From Gammaproteobacteria bacterium (lineage in GTDB: Bacteria; Pseudomonadota; Gammaproteobacteria; Ga0077536), in the NCBI GenBank assembly GCA_019747795.1, contig JAIEQK010000035.1, positions 3,665 to 67,664 on the forward strand: a stretch of 64,000 nt of DNA. The letters run 5' to 3'. The notes beneath the pieces were generated by a model that searched no databases, was not told the origin of the DNA, and worked only from the letters and a program-made list of their open reading frames with translations. Both the position numbers and the translations under genes were made by a program. Below, in pieces: positions 51,372-59,376 of the stretch (position 1 is its first letter; each line of letters begins with the position of its first letter).

Positions 51372-52418
51372 CTAGGCGCGCGGCGCGAAGCCGGTGAAAG
51401 TCGCCGGCAGCGCCTGGATGCGGGCCACCACTTCGGCCGGCAGGTCCGAGGGCTGCTCGGAACTCGCGCTCGCATGCACGGTGTCCACCCGACCGGCGAA
51501 GCGCTTCGCGATGGCGTCCGCTATCTGGTCGTGGCGGCCGATGGCCGCGCAGGCTTCGAGCAGGCGATCGGGCACTTCGCGTGCGAGCTCGTTCCAGCGG
51601 CCCTGCTTGGTCATATCGTTCAGCTTCGGCCCCAGCGCGCCGAGACCCTCGGCCTCCAGCACCGGCCAGTAGGCGGGCGTCGACGCGTAGAACGCCACGC
51701 GGTAGCGGACCCACTCGGCCATCTTGCTCACCGCGGCGTCGTCGGGTCCGGTGGCGACGAAGCCACCGCCGTTGATCTCGAAGTTCGCGCGCGCGCGGCC
51801 TGCGCGGGCGAGTCCCGCTTCGATGATCGGCGCCACCGTATCGTCGAAATAGCGCGGCGTGCAGAAGGGATGCAGGCGCACGCCGTCGGCGCTCTCGGCC
51901 GCGAGCTTCAGCATCGCCGGGCCGACCGCCGCCAGGGTCACGGGCGGCGGCGGCAGTTTTCCGCCTTCGGGCACGAAGTTCGGCGGCATCAGCGTGAAGC
52001 GGTAGTGTTCGCCCTCGTGGCGCAGCGGCGCGCCGCTGCGCCAGCTGTGCCAGATCGCGCGCAGCGCCGTCACGAGTTCGCGCAGGCGCGGCGCCGGTGC
52101 GCTCCACGGCACGCTGTAGCGCTTTTCGTTGTGTGCCTTGATCTGGGGACCCAGGCCGAGCACGAAGCGTCCGCGCGAGGATTCGTTCAGATCCCAGGCG
52201 ACGTGGGCGAGCGCCATCGGCGAGCGCACGAAGGCCAGCGCGATGCCGGTCGCGAGCTCCACGCGCTCGGTGGCCACCGCCGCGACCGCCAGCGGCATGA
52301 AGGGCTCGTGGCGATTCTCGAGCGAACAGAGTCCGTCGAAGCCGCGGGCCTCGATGTCCAGCGCCGCATCGCGCGTCGCGCGGAGATCGTGCTGGGGAAC
52401 GGTGGTGACGATGCGCAT
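51372..52418 (-). CDS. luciferase-like monooxygenase (LLM) family oxidoreductase, paralogue of 8591..9607
   Basis: Internal ATG (cat 52416..52418). GIALAFVRSPMALAHVAWDLNESSRGRFVLGLGPQIKAHNEKRY parallels the first copy. Confidence 0.8.
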   Translation of the reverse strand: MRIVTTVPQHDLRATRDAALDIEARGFDGLCSLENRHEPFMPLAVAAVATERVELATGIALAFVRSPMALAHVAWDLNESSRGRFVLGLGPQIKAHNEKRYSVPWSAPAPRLRELVTALRAIWHSWRSGAPLRHEGEHYRFTLMPPNFVPEGGKLPPPPVTLAAVGPAMLKLAAESADGVRLHPFCTPRYFDDTVAPIIEAGLARAGRARANFEINGGGFVATGPDDAAVSKMAEWVRYRVAFYASTPAYWPVLEAEGLGALGPKLNDMTKQGRWNELAREVPDRLLEACAAIGRHDQIADAIAKRFAGRVDTVHASASSEQPSDLPAEVVARIQALPATFTGFAPRA

Positions 52419-52507
52419 GCGGGTGCTCCACGGCTGCGGGGCCTCGAATTGTGCATCAAGCGGCGCGCGTCCCATACTCGCGACGTTTCCATCGGGGGCG
52501 ACCGGGC

Positions 52508-53131
52508 ATGGCGCGCATCATCCATTACTTCGACTACAAGAGTCCCTACGCCTACCTGGCGCAGGAGGCGGCGTTCGATCTCGCGGCACGCGCGGCGTTC
52601 GAGATCGAGTGGCGACCCTACACGCTCTTGATCGACAAGTACCTCGGCAGCGCGACCCTGGACGCCAACGGGCAGGACACCCTCGGCACGCGCAACGATC
52701 ACCAGTGGCGCCGCGTGCGCTACTCCTACATGGACTGCCGACGCGAGGCGAACCGTCGTGGCCTCACGATCCGCGGGCCGCGCAAGATCTTCGACAGCGT
52801 GCCGGCCCACGTCGCCTTCCTGTTCGCGCGTGAGCGCGGACCTTGGCGCGCGCTGCACGAGGCGATGTTCGCGCGCTTCTGGCGGCGCGAACTCGACATC
52901 GAAGACGTCGCGGTGCTGTGCGCGCTGCTGGACGAACACGGCTTCGACGGCGCAGCCTTTCCCGCCTATCTCGCCGGCGAGGGGCGCGCGCTGCACGATG
53001 CGATGCAGCGTGAGGCCGAGGACGATGGTGTGTTCGGCGTACCGAGCTGGTGGGTGGAGGGCGAGCTCTTCTGGGGCCTCGAGCGACTCGAACGCGTCAC
53101 GGAGCGGCTGGTTTCGCTGCCATCGCGCTGA
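52508..53131 (+). CDS. DsbA-family 2-hydroxychromene-2-carboxylate isomerase-like protein
   Basis: ATG at 52508. The N-terminus is IIHYFDYKSPYAYL and the C-terminus is GVFGVPSWWVEGELFWGLERL. Confidence 0.8.
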   Translation: MARIIHYFDYKSPYAYLAQEAAFDLAARAAFEIEWRPYTLLIDKYLGSATLDANGQDTLGTRNDHQWRRVRYSYMDCRREANRRGLTIRGPRKIFDSVPAHVAFLFARERGPWRALHEAMFARFWRRELDIEDVAVLCALLDEHGFDGAAFPAYLAGEGRALHDAMQREAEDDGVFGVPSWWVEGELFWGLERLERVTERLVSLPSR

Positions 53132-53274
53132 GCGTCCACGCGAGATGCCCAGGACGAGGACCACGCCAACGCCAGCGTGACCCTCGCCCCAGGCGGAGAG
53201 CGCTAGGGACGACGTTGCGGGGGAGAGCGCCGCGCCGGCCCTGGTGACGACTGTGCTACAGCCCGGCCGCGCGC

Positions 53275-53297
53275 GCTTGACCTGGATCACGCCGCGC
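53275..53297 (+). promoter_or_regulatory. second copy of the 23-mer containing an FNR/CRP-type box TTGAC-N4-ATCAC
   Basis: gcTTGACctggATCACgccgcgc lies about 60-75 nt upstream of the transglutaminase-like gene. Confidence 0.35.
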
Positions 53298-53352
53298 GCG
53301 CGGTCTGCGGCGCGATTGCCGCGGGCGAGCGCCATTGCCTACACTCGCGGCC

Positions 53353-54042
53353 ATGAATGCCCTGCCCAAAGCCGACGAACAGGCCTGTCTCGCGTCCGGC
53401 GCGACGGTCGACAGCTCCCATCCCGCCGTGCGCGCCTATGCGGAACAGCACAGCGCCGGCCAGCGCGATCCACGCGCGCGCGCCATCGCGCTCTACTACG
53501 CGGTGCGCGACGGCATTCGCTACGACCCCTATGGTCTCGACCTGTCGGAGCACGGGCTGCGCGCCAGCACCACGCTCGCCGCCGGCCGCGGCTGGTGCGT
53601 GCCCAAGGCCGTGCTGCTCGCGGCGGCCTGCCGCGCGGTCGGCATTCCCGCCGCGCTCGGCTACGCGGACGTGCGTAACCATCTCTCGACCGAGCGCATG
53701 CGCGCGACCATGAAGACCGACGTGTTCTTCTGGCACGGCTACACCGCCATCCTGCTGGACGGCGTGTGGGTCAAGGCGACGCCCGCCTTCAACATCGAGC
53801 TGTGCGAGAAATTCCGCATTCGCCCGCTCGAGTTCGATGGGCGCGAGGACTCCATCTACCATCCCTACGATCTCGACGGTCGCCAGCACATGGAGTACCT
53901 CGCCTACCGCGGCGAGTTCGCTGAAGTGCCGCTGGCCGCGATGCGCGCGGATTTCGAGCGCCACTACCCCGGGGTCGCCGAGAACCTGGCGCGCAGCGAC
54001 TTCGAGCGCGACGTCGCCGTCGAGGTGGGCGCGTCGAACTGA
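53353..54042 (+). CDS. transglutaminase-like cysteine peptidase family protein
   Basis: Contains the GRGWCVPKAVLLAAACRAVGIPA nucleophile context, with later His/Asp residues (FFWHGYT...DG). Confidence 0.75.
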   Translation: MNALPKADEQACLASGATVDSSHPAVRAYAEQHSAGQRDPRARAIALYYAVRDGIRYDPYGLDLSEHGLRASTTLAAGRGWCVPKAVLLAAACRAVGIPAALGYADVRNHLSTERMRATMKTDVFFWHGYTAILLDGVWVKATPAFNIELCEKFRIRPLEFDGREDSIYHPYDLDGRQHMEYLAYRGEFAEVPLAAMRADFERHYPGVAENLARSDFERDVAVEVGASN

Positions 54043-54073
54043 AGGTGAGGCGGTCGACGGGTCGGCCCTCGTC

Positions 54074-55942
54074 GTGACACGCGCCGCCGCGCCCGGCCTG
54101 CGGCTTGCGGTGGGCGGGCTCATCGCGCTCTACGCGCTGGGCTACCTGCTGTGGTACTCGGCCACGCCGCTCGGTCTCTATCCCGTGCTGGACGGCCGCG
54201 AGCAGCTCGCGCTGGCTGGCGCCATCGCGCGCGGCGAACTGCCGCACGAGCCCTTCTACCGCGCGCCGCTCTATCCTGCGCTGATCGCGCAGGTGATCGA
54301 TCTCGGCGCGGGCGCGCGCGACCTGCCGCTGCTGGTGCGCCTGCTGAACGCGCTCCTGCACCTGTTGAATGCCGCGCTGGTGTGGAGGCTCGCGCTGCGC
54401 GTGTGGCGCGCGCCGCGCGCGGCCGCGCTGGCGGCCATGCTCGCGGGCTTGAGCCCGGTGGCGCTGTTCTTCGCCGCCGACCCGCTCGACATCACGCTTG
54501 CCACCAGTTTCATGCTCGGCGCCTGCCTCGCCACCGTGCGCGCGACAGAAGACGAGCAGGGCGCTTCCACCAGCCTTGCGCTGGCCGGCGCGCTGCTCGG
54601 CGCGGCGCTGCTCACGCGTCCCCAGATGCTGCTTGTGGTGGGCGCCCTTGCGCTCTGCGCCTGGCAGGGCTCGCCTGCCGGGCGGGCGCAGCGGCTGCTG
54701 GCCGCGAGTCTGCCGGTGCTCGCACTCGCGCTCGCGATGGGCGCCATCAACCTGCGGGTTGGCGGCAGCTTCGCGGTGTTGCCCTGGCAGGGCGCCTACA
54801 ACCTGTGGGCGGCCAACGGGCCCGAGGCCGACGGGCGCTACTTCGTGCAGCGTGAACGCCTGGCGATGTACACCGAGGGCGTGAACCCGGCGCGGGTCGA
54901 ATCCGAGCGCCTGTATCGCGCGGCGAACCCGGGCGCACCGGACGATCCGGCGAGCATGTCGCGCTACTGGCAGGCGCGCACGCTGGCGGCGCTGCGCGCC
55001 GAGCCGCTGCGCTGGCTCGAACTCGAGGCGCGCAAGGCCTGGTACCTCCTGAACGACTTCGAGCAGTACGACCTGAAGACCTACTTCGTGCACAAGGCGC
55101 AATCGCCCTGGCTGCGCTGGAATCCGCTCGGCTGGGGGGTGCTGCTGGTCGGCGCGGTGCTCGCGCTCGGTCTGCGTGGTCTGCCGCGCGCGGGCAGGGT
55201 GGTGGTGCTGTTCAGCTTCGCCTACGGCGCGAGCCTGTTGTTGAGCTACGTCAGCGCGCGCTTTCGCCTGCCACTCGCGCCCTTGCTGGCGGTGCTCGCG
55301 GGCGGCGTGCTGGCGAACGGTGTCGAGGCGGTGCACTGGCGCCGCGCGCTGCCGGTCGCCGCGCTGACGGCGACGCTCACGTTCTGGCCGCTGCCGGCCG
55401 CCGAGCGCGAGCGTACGGTGGTGCAGGACTACCTGCTGGAAGCGCGCGCGGCGCTGATGGTGGGTGACACGACGATCGCCGTCCAGCGCGCGCGCCAGGC
55501 CTTGACGCGCGCGCCGCGCGACGAAGCCGCGCGCGAGGTGCTGTGCGTCGCGCCGTTCAACGCCTGGCTGCACGGCCCGCTGGCGCCGGACCCCGCGCTG
55601 CGTACGGCGTGTGCCGACGCCGCGCCGTTTTCACCCGTCGCCCGGCGCGCGCTCGGTGTGCTGGCCTGGCGTGCGGGCGACGACGACTTGGCGAAAGACG
55701 CCTGGCGAGGCCTGTCCCTTCAGGCGGGGCCGGAGCGCGACGCGGCCGCGGCGGCGCTCATCATGAGTGGCGAGGCCGTGGCACCGCTGGACGACGCCGG
55801 CCTCACGCGCAGCGCGGACGTGCTGCTGCTCGCCCGCGCGCTGCGCGGCGACCGCCGCGCCGAGGCCCGTCTGCGGGCGCGGCTGCCCGAGGCCGAACTG
55901 GCGCGGCAGGCCGATAACCTCGAGCGGCTGTTCGCACGCTGA
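54074..55942 (+). CDS. polytopic membrane glycosyltransferase (GT39/ArnT/PMT-like) with C-terminal TPR-like region
   Basis: About 11 hydrophobic segments are followed by a soluble, Ala-rich helical repeat region. The start is taken as an in-frame GTG at 54074 and is uncertain. Confidence 0.6.
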   Translation: MTRAAAPGLRLAVGGLIALYALGYLLWYSATPLGLYPVLDGREQLALAGAIARGELPHEPFYRAPLYPALIAQVIDLGAGARDLPLLVRLLNALLHLLNAALVWRLALRVWRAPRAAALAAMLAGLSPVALFFAADPLDITLATSFMLGACLATVRATEDEQGASTSLALAGALLGAALLTRPQMLLVVGALALCAWQGSPAGRAQRLLAASLPVLALALAMGAINLRVGGSFAVLPWQGAYNLWAANGPEADGRYFVQRERLAMYTEGVNPARVESERLYRAANPGAPDDPASMSRYWQARTLAALRAEPLRWLELEARKAWYLLNDFEQYDLKTYFVHKAQSPWLRWNPLGWGVLLVGAVLALGLRGLPRAGRVVVLFSFAYGASLLLSYVSARFRLPLAPLLAVLAGGVLANGVEAVHWRRALPVAALTATLTFWPLPAAERERTVVQDYLLEARAALMVGDTTIAVQRARQALTRAPRDEAAREVLCVAPFNAWLHGPLAPDPALRTACADAAPFSPVARRALGVLAWRAGDDDLAKDAWRGLSLQAGPERDAAAAALIMSGEAVAPLDDAGLTRSADVLLLARALRGDRRAEARLRARLPEAELARQADNLERLFAR

Positions 55943-55954
55943 GGCGCGCGGTCT

Positions 55955-56089
55955 TCAGCCACCCGGGAGGCTCACGGTCTGCACGGCCTGGCTCGAGGTG
56001 GTGCCGGCCAGGGACTCGATCGCGACCACGCTCGCGAAGCACACGGCGAAGAAGATCAGAACGGACAGGGTGGCGGTCAGGTAGCGCAT
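55955..56089 (-). CDS. small hydrophobic protein, 44 aa (MRYLTATLSVLIFFAVCFASVVAIESLAGTTSSQAVQTVSLPGG)
   Basis: Not in the ORF track because it is under 60 aa. AGGAG lies 9 nt upstream of the ATG and overlaps the upstream stop. 42 of 44 codons end in G/C. Confidence 0.5.
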   Translation of the reverse strand: MRYLTATLSVLIFFAVCFASVVAIESLAGTTSSQAVQTVSLPGG

Positions 56090-56100
56090 GGGGGCTGCTC

Positions 56101-56448
56101 CTAGCTGTGGGCGCCGCGCGTCTCGAGACGCGGCGCGATCGACAAAGAACTCGATGGATAGCCGGCCATCCCCCCGCTATCGAACCGAGCCGGCGCGGCC
56201 GGCTCGATGGGAATAGCGGCGTGGGTCTGGCGAAATTCAGACCAGGCGACCAGCAACGCGAAGGCCAGCGCGAACACGCGCAGGGCGAGTGCCAGGGACG
56301 GTTCCGACGCGTTCGACGGCCGACTGGTCGGTCTGTTTTCAGGCACGACCAGGCGCAATGCGTGCCGCTCGGCGCGGGGCTCGGCGACGCGCTCGGCATG
56401 AACATCGATTGCGGCGCAGGCTTGGGGCCTGGTGCAAGAACTGGACAT
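56101..56448 (-). CDS. hypothetical protein, 115 aa, one predicted TM segment
   Basis: A strong SD (AAGAGGAGAcgaccATG) is present. A palindromic operator-like site lies just upstream. GC3 is lower than in neighbouring genes, so the coding status is tentative. Confidence 0.4.
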   Translation of the reverse strand: MSSSCTRPQACAAIDVHAERVAEPRAERHALRLVVPENRPTSRPSNASEPSLALALRVFALAFALLVAWSEFRQTHAAIPIEPAAPARFDSGGMAGYPSSSLSIAPRLETRGAHS

Positions 56449-56470
56449 GGTCGTCTCCTCTTTTCCACAA

Positions 56471-56492
56471 CGACCGACTGGTTGGTCGGTCG
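56471..56492. promoter_or_regulatory. inverted repeat CGACCGAC-N6-GTCGGTCG, putative TetR operator
   Basis: Perfect 8-bp arms. It lies between the tetR stop and the 115-aa ORF, and next to an AT-rich aaaaaattt tract. It shares ACCGACYGGTT with the site at 57135..57154. Confidence 0.5.
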
Positions 56493-56506
56493 AAAAGCAA
56501 ATTTTT

Positions 56507-57121
56507 TCAGGTCGCCGGCATCTTCAGGTCGTGAAGATACTTCTTCAAGCCGTTGATCGAGGACCGAAAGATGCCGCAATCCTGAGAGTTCTTCGCAAGT
56601 CCCACGGCGCCCTGCAGCGACGCGATGACGAAGTAGGCGACCTCGTTCGCATCGACCTCCGGCCGCAGCAGACCGCGCTGCTGGGCGCCGGCCAGGGCGT
56701 TCTGCACCGCGCGATGCCAGCGCCGATAGACGCGCTCGATGCGCTGGCGAAAGCCCTCGTCCAGCGGCGACATCTCCTGCGCCAGGTTGTTGATCGGGCA
56801 GCCACAGGCGAGGCGCTGGCCGGCGAGGAACTGCTCTTCTTCGTCGAGCAGGCGGCAGATGCCCTCGATGGGATCCTCCGCGCTGAGCGCCGCGTCCCAG
56901 GCCGCCACCGCGCGGGGGGCGAGCACGTCGTCCAAGACCGCGTAGCCGAGCTCTTGCTTGCTGGCGAAATGGTGATAGAGCGCGCCCTTGGAGATCCCCA
57001 GCCGCTTCAGCATCTCGCACAGCGAGGCGGACTGGTAACCGACCCGGTAGATCTCCTCGGCGGCGGCCTCGAGGATCTTCTCGCGGGTCACTTCGGCCTT
57101 GAGGTCGCGTTGTGTCACCAT
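56507..57121 (-). CDS. TetR/AcrR family transcriptional regulator
   Basis: Internal ATG (cat 57119..57121). The HTH is ILEAAAEEIYRVGYQSASLCEMLKRLGISKGALYHHFASK. Confidence 0.85.
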   Translation of the reverse strand: MVTQRDLKAEVTREKILEAAAEEIYRVGYQSASLCEMLKRLGISKGALYHHFASKQELGYAVLDDVLAPRAVAAWDAALSAEDPIEGICRLLDEEEQFLAGQRLACGCPINNLAQEMSPLDEGFRQRIERVYRRWHRAVQNALAGAQQRGLLRPEVDANEVAYFVIASLQGAVGLAKNSQDCGIFRSSINGLKKYLHDLKMPAT

Positions 57122-57134
57122 GGAGCGAAGAATA

Positions 57135-57154
57135 CAAACCGGTCGGTCGGTTTG
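57135..57154. promoter_or_regulatory. inverted repeat CAAACCG-N6-CGGTTTG, putative TetR autoregulatory operator
   Basis: It lies 14 nt upstream of the tetR ATG and is preceded by the same AT-rich tgaaaaattttt module found after the tetR stop. Confidence 0.45.
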
Positions 57155-57176
57155 CAAGGCGTGAACGAAAAATTTT

Positions 57177-58034
57177 TCAGGGCGCCGACTGCTCGGTCGG
57201 CGGACGCGTGTTCGCGTTGGGTATGAACAGCTGACGACCCTGGGGCCGGAACGCGGCAATGGCGGCCTGGCCCTCCGTGCCGAGCAACCAGTCCTGCAGG
57301 CGGCGGGCTTCGACCGCATGCACGTGCGGATGGCGTCGTGGGTCGACCAGGATCAGGCTGTACTGGTTGCGCAGCGCCGGGTCGCCGGACAAGAGTTCAG
57401 CCAGCCCCTGGCGGTCGGTATAGGTCGCCCAGCTCGCGCTGTCGGTCAGCGTGTAGGCGCCGAGTTCGCGCGCCACGTTGAGCGTCGACAACATGCCGCT
57501 GCCGGTGTCGCGGTACCAGCGCTGGAGCGCGGGGTCCGGGCTGTGGCCCGCGGCCTTCCACAGTGCCTGCTCGCGCACATGGGTGCCGCTCAGATCGCCG
57601 CGGGAGGCGAACAGCGCGCCGTGAACGGCAATACGTCGAAAGGCCTCGGCGGCATCCGGCGCGCCGCGCACGCCGGCCGGATCTTTCACGGGTCCGACCA
57701 GCACGAAGTCGTTGTACATCAGGGGTTCGCGGGCCAGGCCTTCGCCGTCGGCGATGAAGCGCGCCTCGGCATCCGGGGCGTGGACCAGGGCGAGATCGCC
57801 GTTACCCGCCCGGCAGTTGGCGAGCGCCTGCCCGGTGCCGACCGCGATGACGTGGACCTCGATGCCGGTCGCGGCGGTGAAGCGGGGCAGCAGGGCGTCG
57901 AACAATCCCGACGCCTGGGTGGAGGTGGTGGACTGCAGCAGCAGGTAGGACCTGTCGGCGGCCTGCGCCGCCAGCGCCAGCAGGGCGAGCAGCGCGCCGA
58001 GGGCGCGCCGCCACGCGAACTCAGTCGCGCGCAC
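57177..58034 (-). CDS. periplasmic oxyanion-binding protein, TupA (tungstate)-like, without cognate ABC permease/ATPase
   Basis: Signal peptide is ALLALLALAAQA. Contains STTSTQASGLFDALLP...VIAVGTGQAL...DLALVHAP, resembling the TupA TTTS-motif family. Confidence 0.7.
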   Translation of the reverse strand: MRATEFAWRRALGALLALLALAAQAADRSYLLLQSTTSTQASGLFDALLPRFTAATGIEVHVIAVGTGQALANCRAGNGDLALVHAPDAEARFIADGEGLAREPLMYNDFVLVGPVKDPAGVRGAPDAAEAFRRIAVHGALFASRGDLSGTHVREQALWKAAGHSPDPALQRWYRDTGSGMLSTLNVARELGAYTLTDSASWATYTDRQGLAELLSGDPALRNQYSLILVDPRRHPHVHAVEARRLQDWLLGTEGQAAIAAFRPQGRQLFIPNANTRPPTEQSAP

Positions 58035-58602
58035 CGCCCGCGGCCCGCCGCGAGAGGTCGACCAGCAGCGTGCCGATCACCGCGCCCACCGCACCGAAGC
58101 CGAAGTGGGTCATGATCGAGAACAGCGGGCCATGGCGCAGCTTGCCGAGATGCAGCTGCACGCCATGGGCGAGCAGGTAGACCGCGAGCGGCTTCAGCAT
58201 GAAGGCGACGCCGCCGGTCAGCGCGACCAGTGCGAGGTGCCGGCTGCGACGCAGGCCGGCAAGCCACGCGCCGTCGACCGCCAGCGCGCAGAGCCCGTAG
58301 ATTGGCGCCTGCATGCTGGCGCCCGCGCCGTGCGCGAGCAGCGCGATGGTGCCCACGTAGCCCGCGGCGGTGGTGACCGCCGCCCAACGCATGTTCGACC
58401 CGTTACGCGCCACCATCACGCCGGCCATCCACACCAGGCCGTAGTGGCCGGGCAGGCCCAGGTCGATGTCCCAGGCGCGATGGCCGAAGGCCAGCAGCGC
58501 GCCCAGGCCGAGCAGCGCGAGCAGGTGGCCGAGGCCCGCCTGCTCAGGGACGGAAGCGCTTGATGCGCTGCTTGTCTGCGACGACGTAATCGTGCGAGCC
58601 AT
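58021..58602 (-). CDS. hypothetical integral membrane protein (about 5-6 TM)
   Basis: 193 aa, with a hydrophobic profile and high GC3. It overlaps both neighbours (14 nt and 59 nt). No family recognised. Confidence 0.55.
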   Translation of the reverse strand: MARTITSSQTSSASSASVPEQAGLGHLLALLGLGALLAFGHRAWDIDLGLPGHYGLVWMAGVMVARNGSNMRWAAVTTAAGYVGTIALLAHGAGASMQAPIYGLCALAVDGAWLAGLRRSRHLALVALTGGVAFMLKPLAVYLLAHGVQLHLGKLRHGPLFSIMTHFGFGAVGAVIGTLLVDLSRRAAGGARD

Positions 58603-59362
58603 CTGTCGTGTTCTCCACCAAAAGTACCGAAAGTCCGCCCACGCGTACCGGCCGTGCCCAGTCGCCGAGCGTCACCCGCGCCGTGTCCGGCAGGCAGTCG
58701 CCGACCGTGTCACTGTTGAACGTGCGCACTGCGTCCAGGCCGGTCTGCGCGCGCAGCGCGCCGACTTCGTGCACGCCGCCACCGAGTTCGCGCAGTCGCT
58801 TCAGCCACAGGTACCGGCCGTCGTCGCCCTGCATGAACAAACCCACCCCGGCCAGCGCGCCGATGATACCGCCGTGGGTGCCCGTCAGTCCCGTGAGACG
58901 GATGCCGGCCGCTGCCGCGGTCGCGCGCGCCCGTTCGCGGTCCAGCACTTCGCGCTGCGCCGAGAGCGCGTAGTCGACGACGCGCGCGGCGGCGTCTGGT
59001 GTCGCCACGCACAGACCGACGTCCGCACCGACCGCCGCGACTTCCAGCAGGAATTCGCGGCAGTAGGTTTCGACTTCATCCTCGGACGCGCGCGCGGCGA
59101 GTTGCAGGCAGGCCGAGCTGTTGTGCGAGGTGTAGGGAATGCGCGGGTCGACCAGCAGCTGATGGCGCGTGATGCCGCGCATCTCGGCGAGGCCGGCGTC
59201 GGCCAGGCCGCGCGCCAGCGTGCGGGCGCGATAGCCCGTGCCGCGCGTGTCGAGATTGTCGGTGTCGTCGATGCCGACCAGCAGATCGATGCCGGCGGCC
59301 GACGTCCGCGCGAGCGCGGGATTCATCGTGGGAGCCTTGCCATGGGTGGCATTGTCTTGCAC
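58544..59362 (-). CDS. protein resembling the N-terminal kinase-type domain of archaeal TiaS (DUF1743-like), lacking the OB/Zn-ribbon parts
   Basis: LLVGIDDTDNLDTRGTGY, LLVDPRIPYTSHNSS and THGGIIGALAGVGL parallel the TiaS segments GIDDTDS..G.CTTY, LNPNIPYKTRGNG and GRGLIGALAAVG as I recall them. The track start is GTG at 59362; an ATG at 59326 is an alternative. Confidence 0.55.
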   Translation of the reverse strand: MQDNATHGKAPTMNPALARTSAAGIDLLVGIDDTDNLDTRGTGYRARTLARGLADAGLAEMRGITRHQLLVDPRIPYTSHNSSACLQLAARASEDEVETYCREFLLEVAAVGADVGLCVATPDAAARVVDYALSAQREVLDRERARATAAAAGIRLTGLTGTHGGIIGALAGVGLFMQGDDGRYLWLKRLRELGGGVHEVGALRAQTGLDAVRTFNSDTVGDCLPDTARVTLGDWARPVRVGGLSVLLVENTTDGSHDYVVADKQRIKRFRP

Positions 59363-59376
59363 GTAAGGCGCATGCG

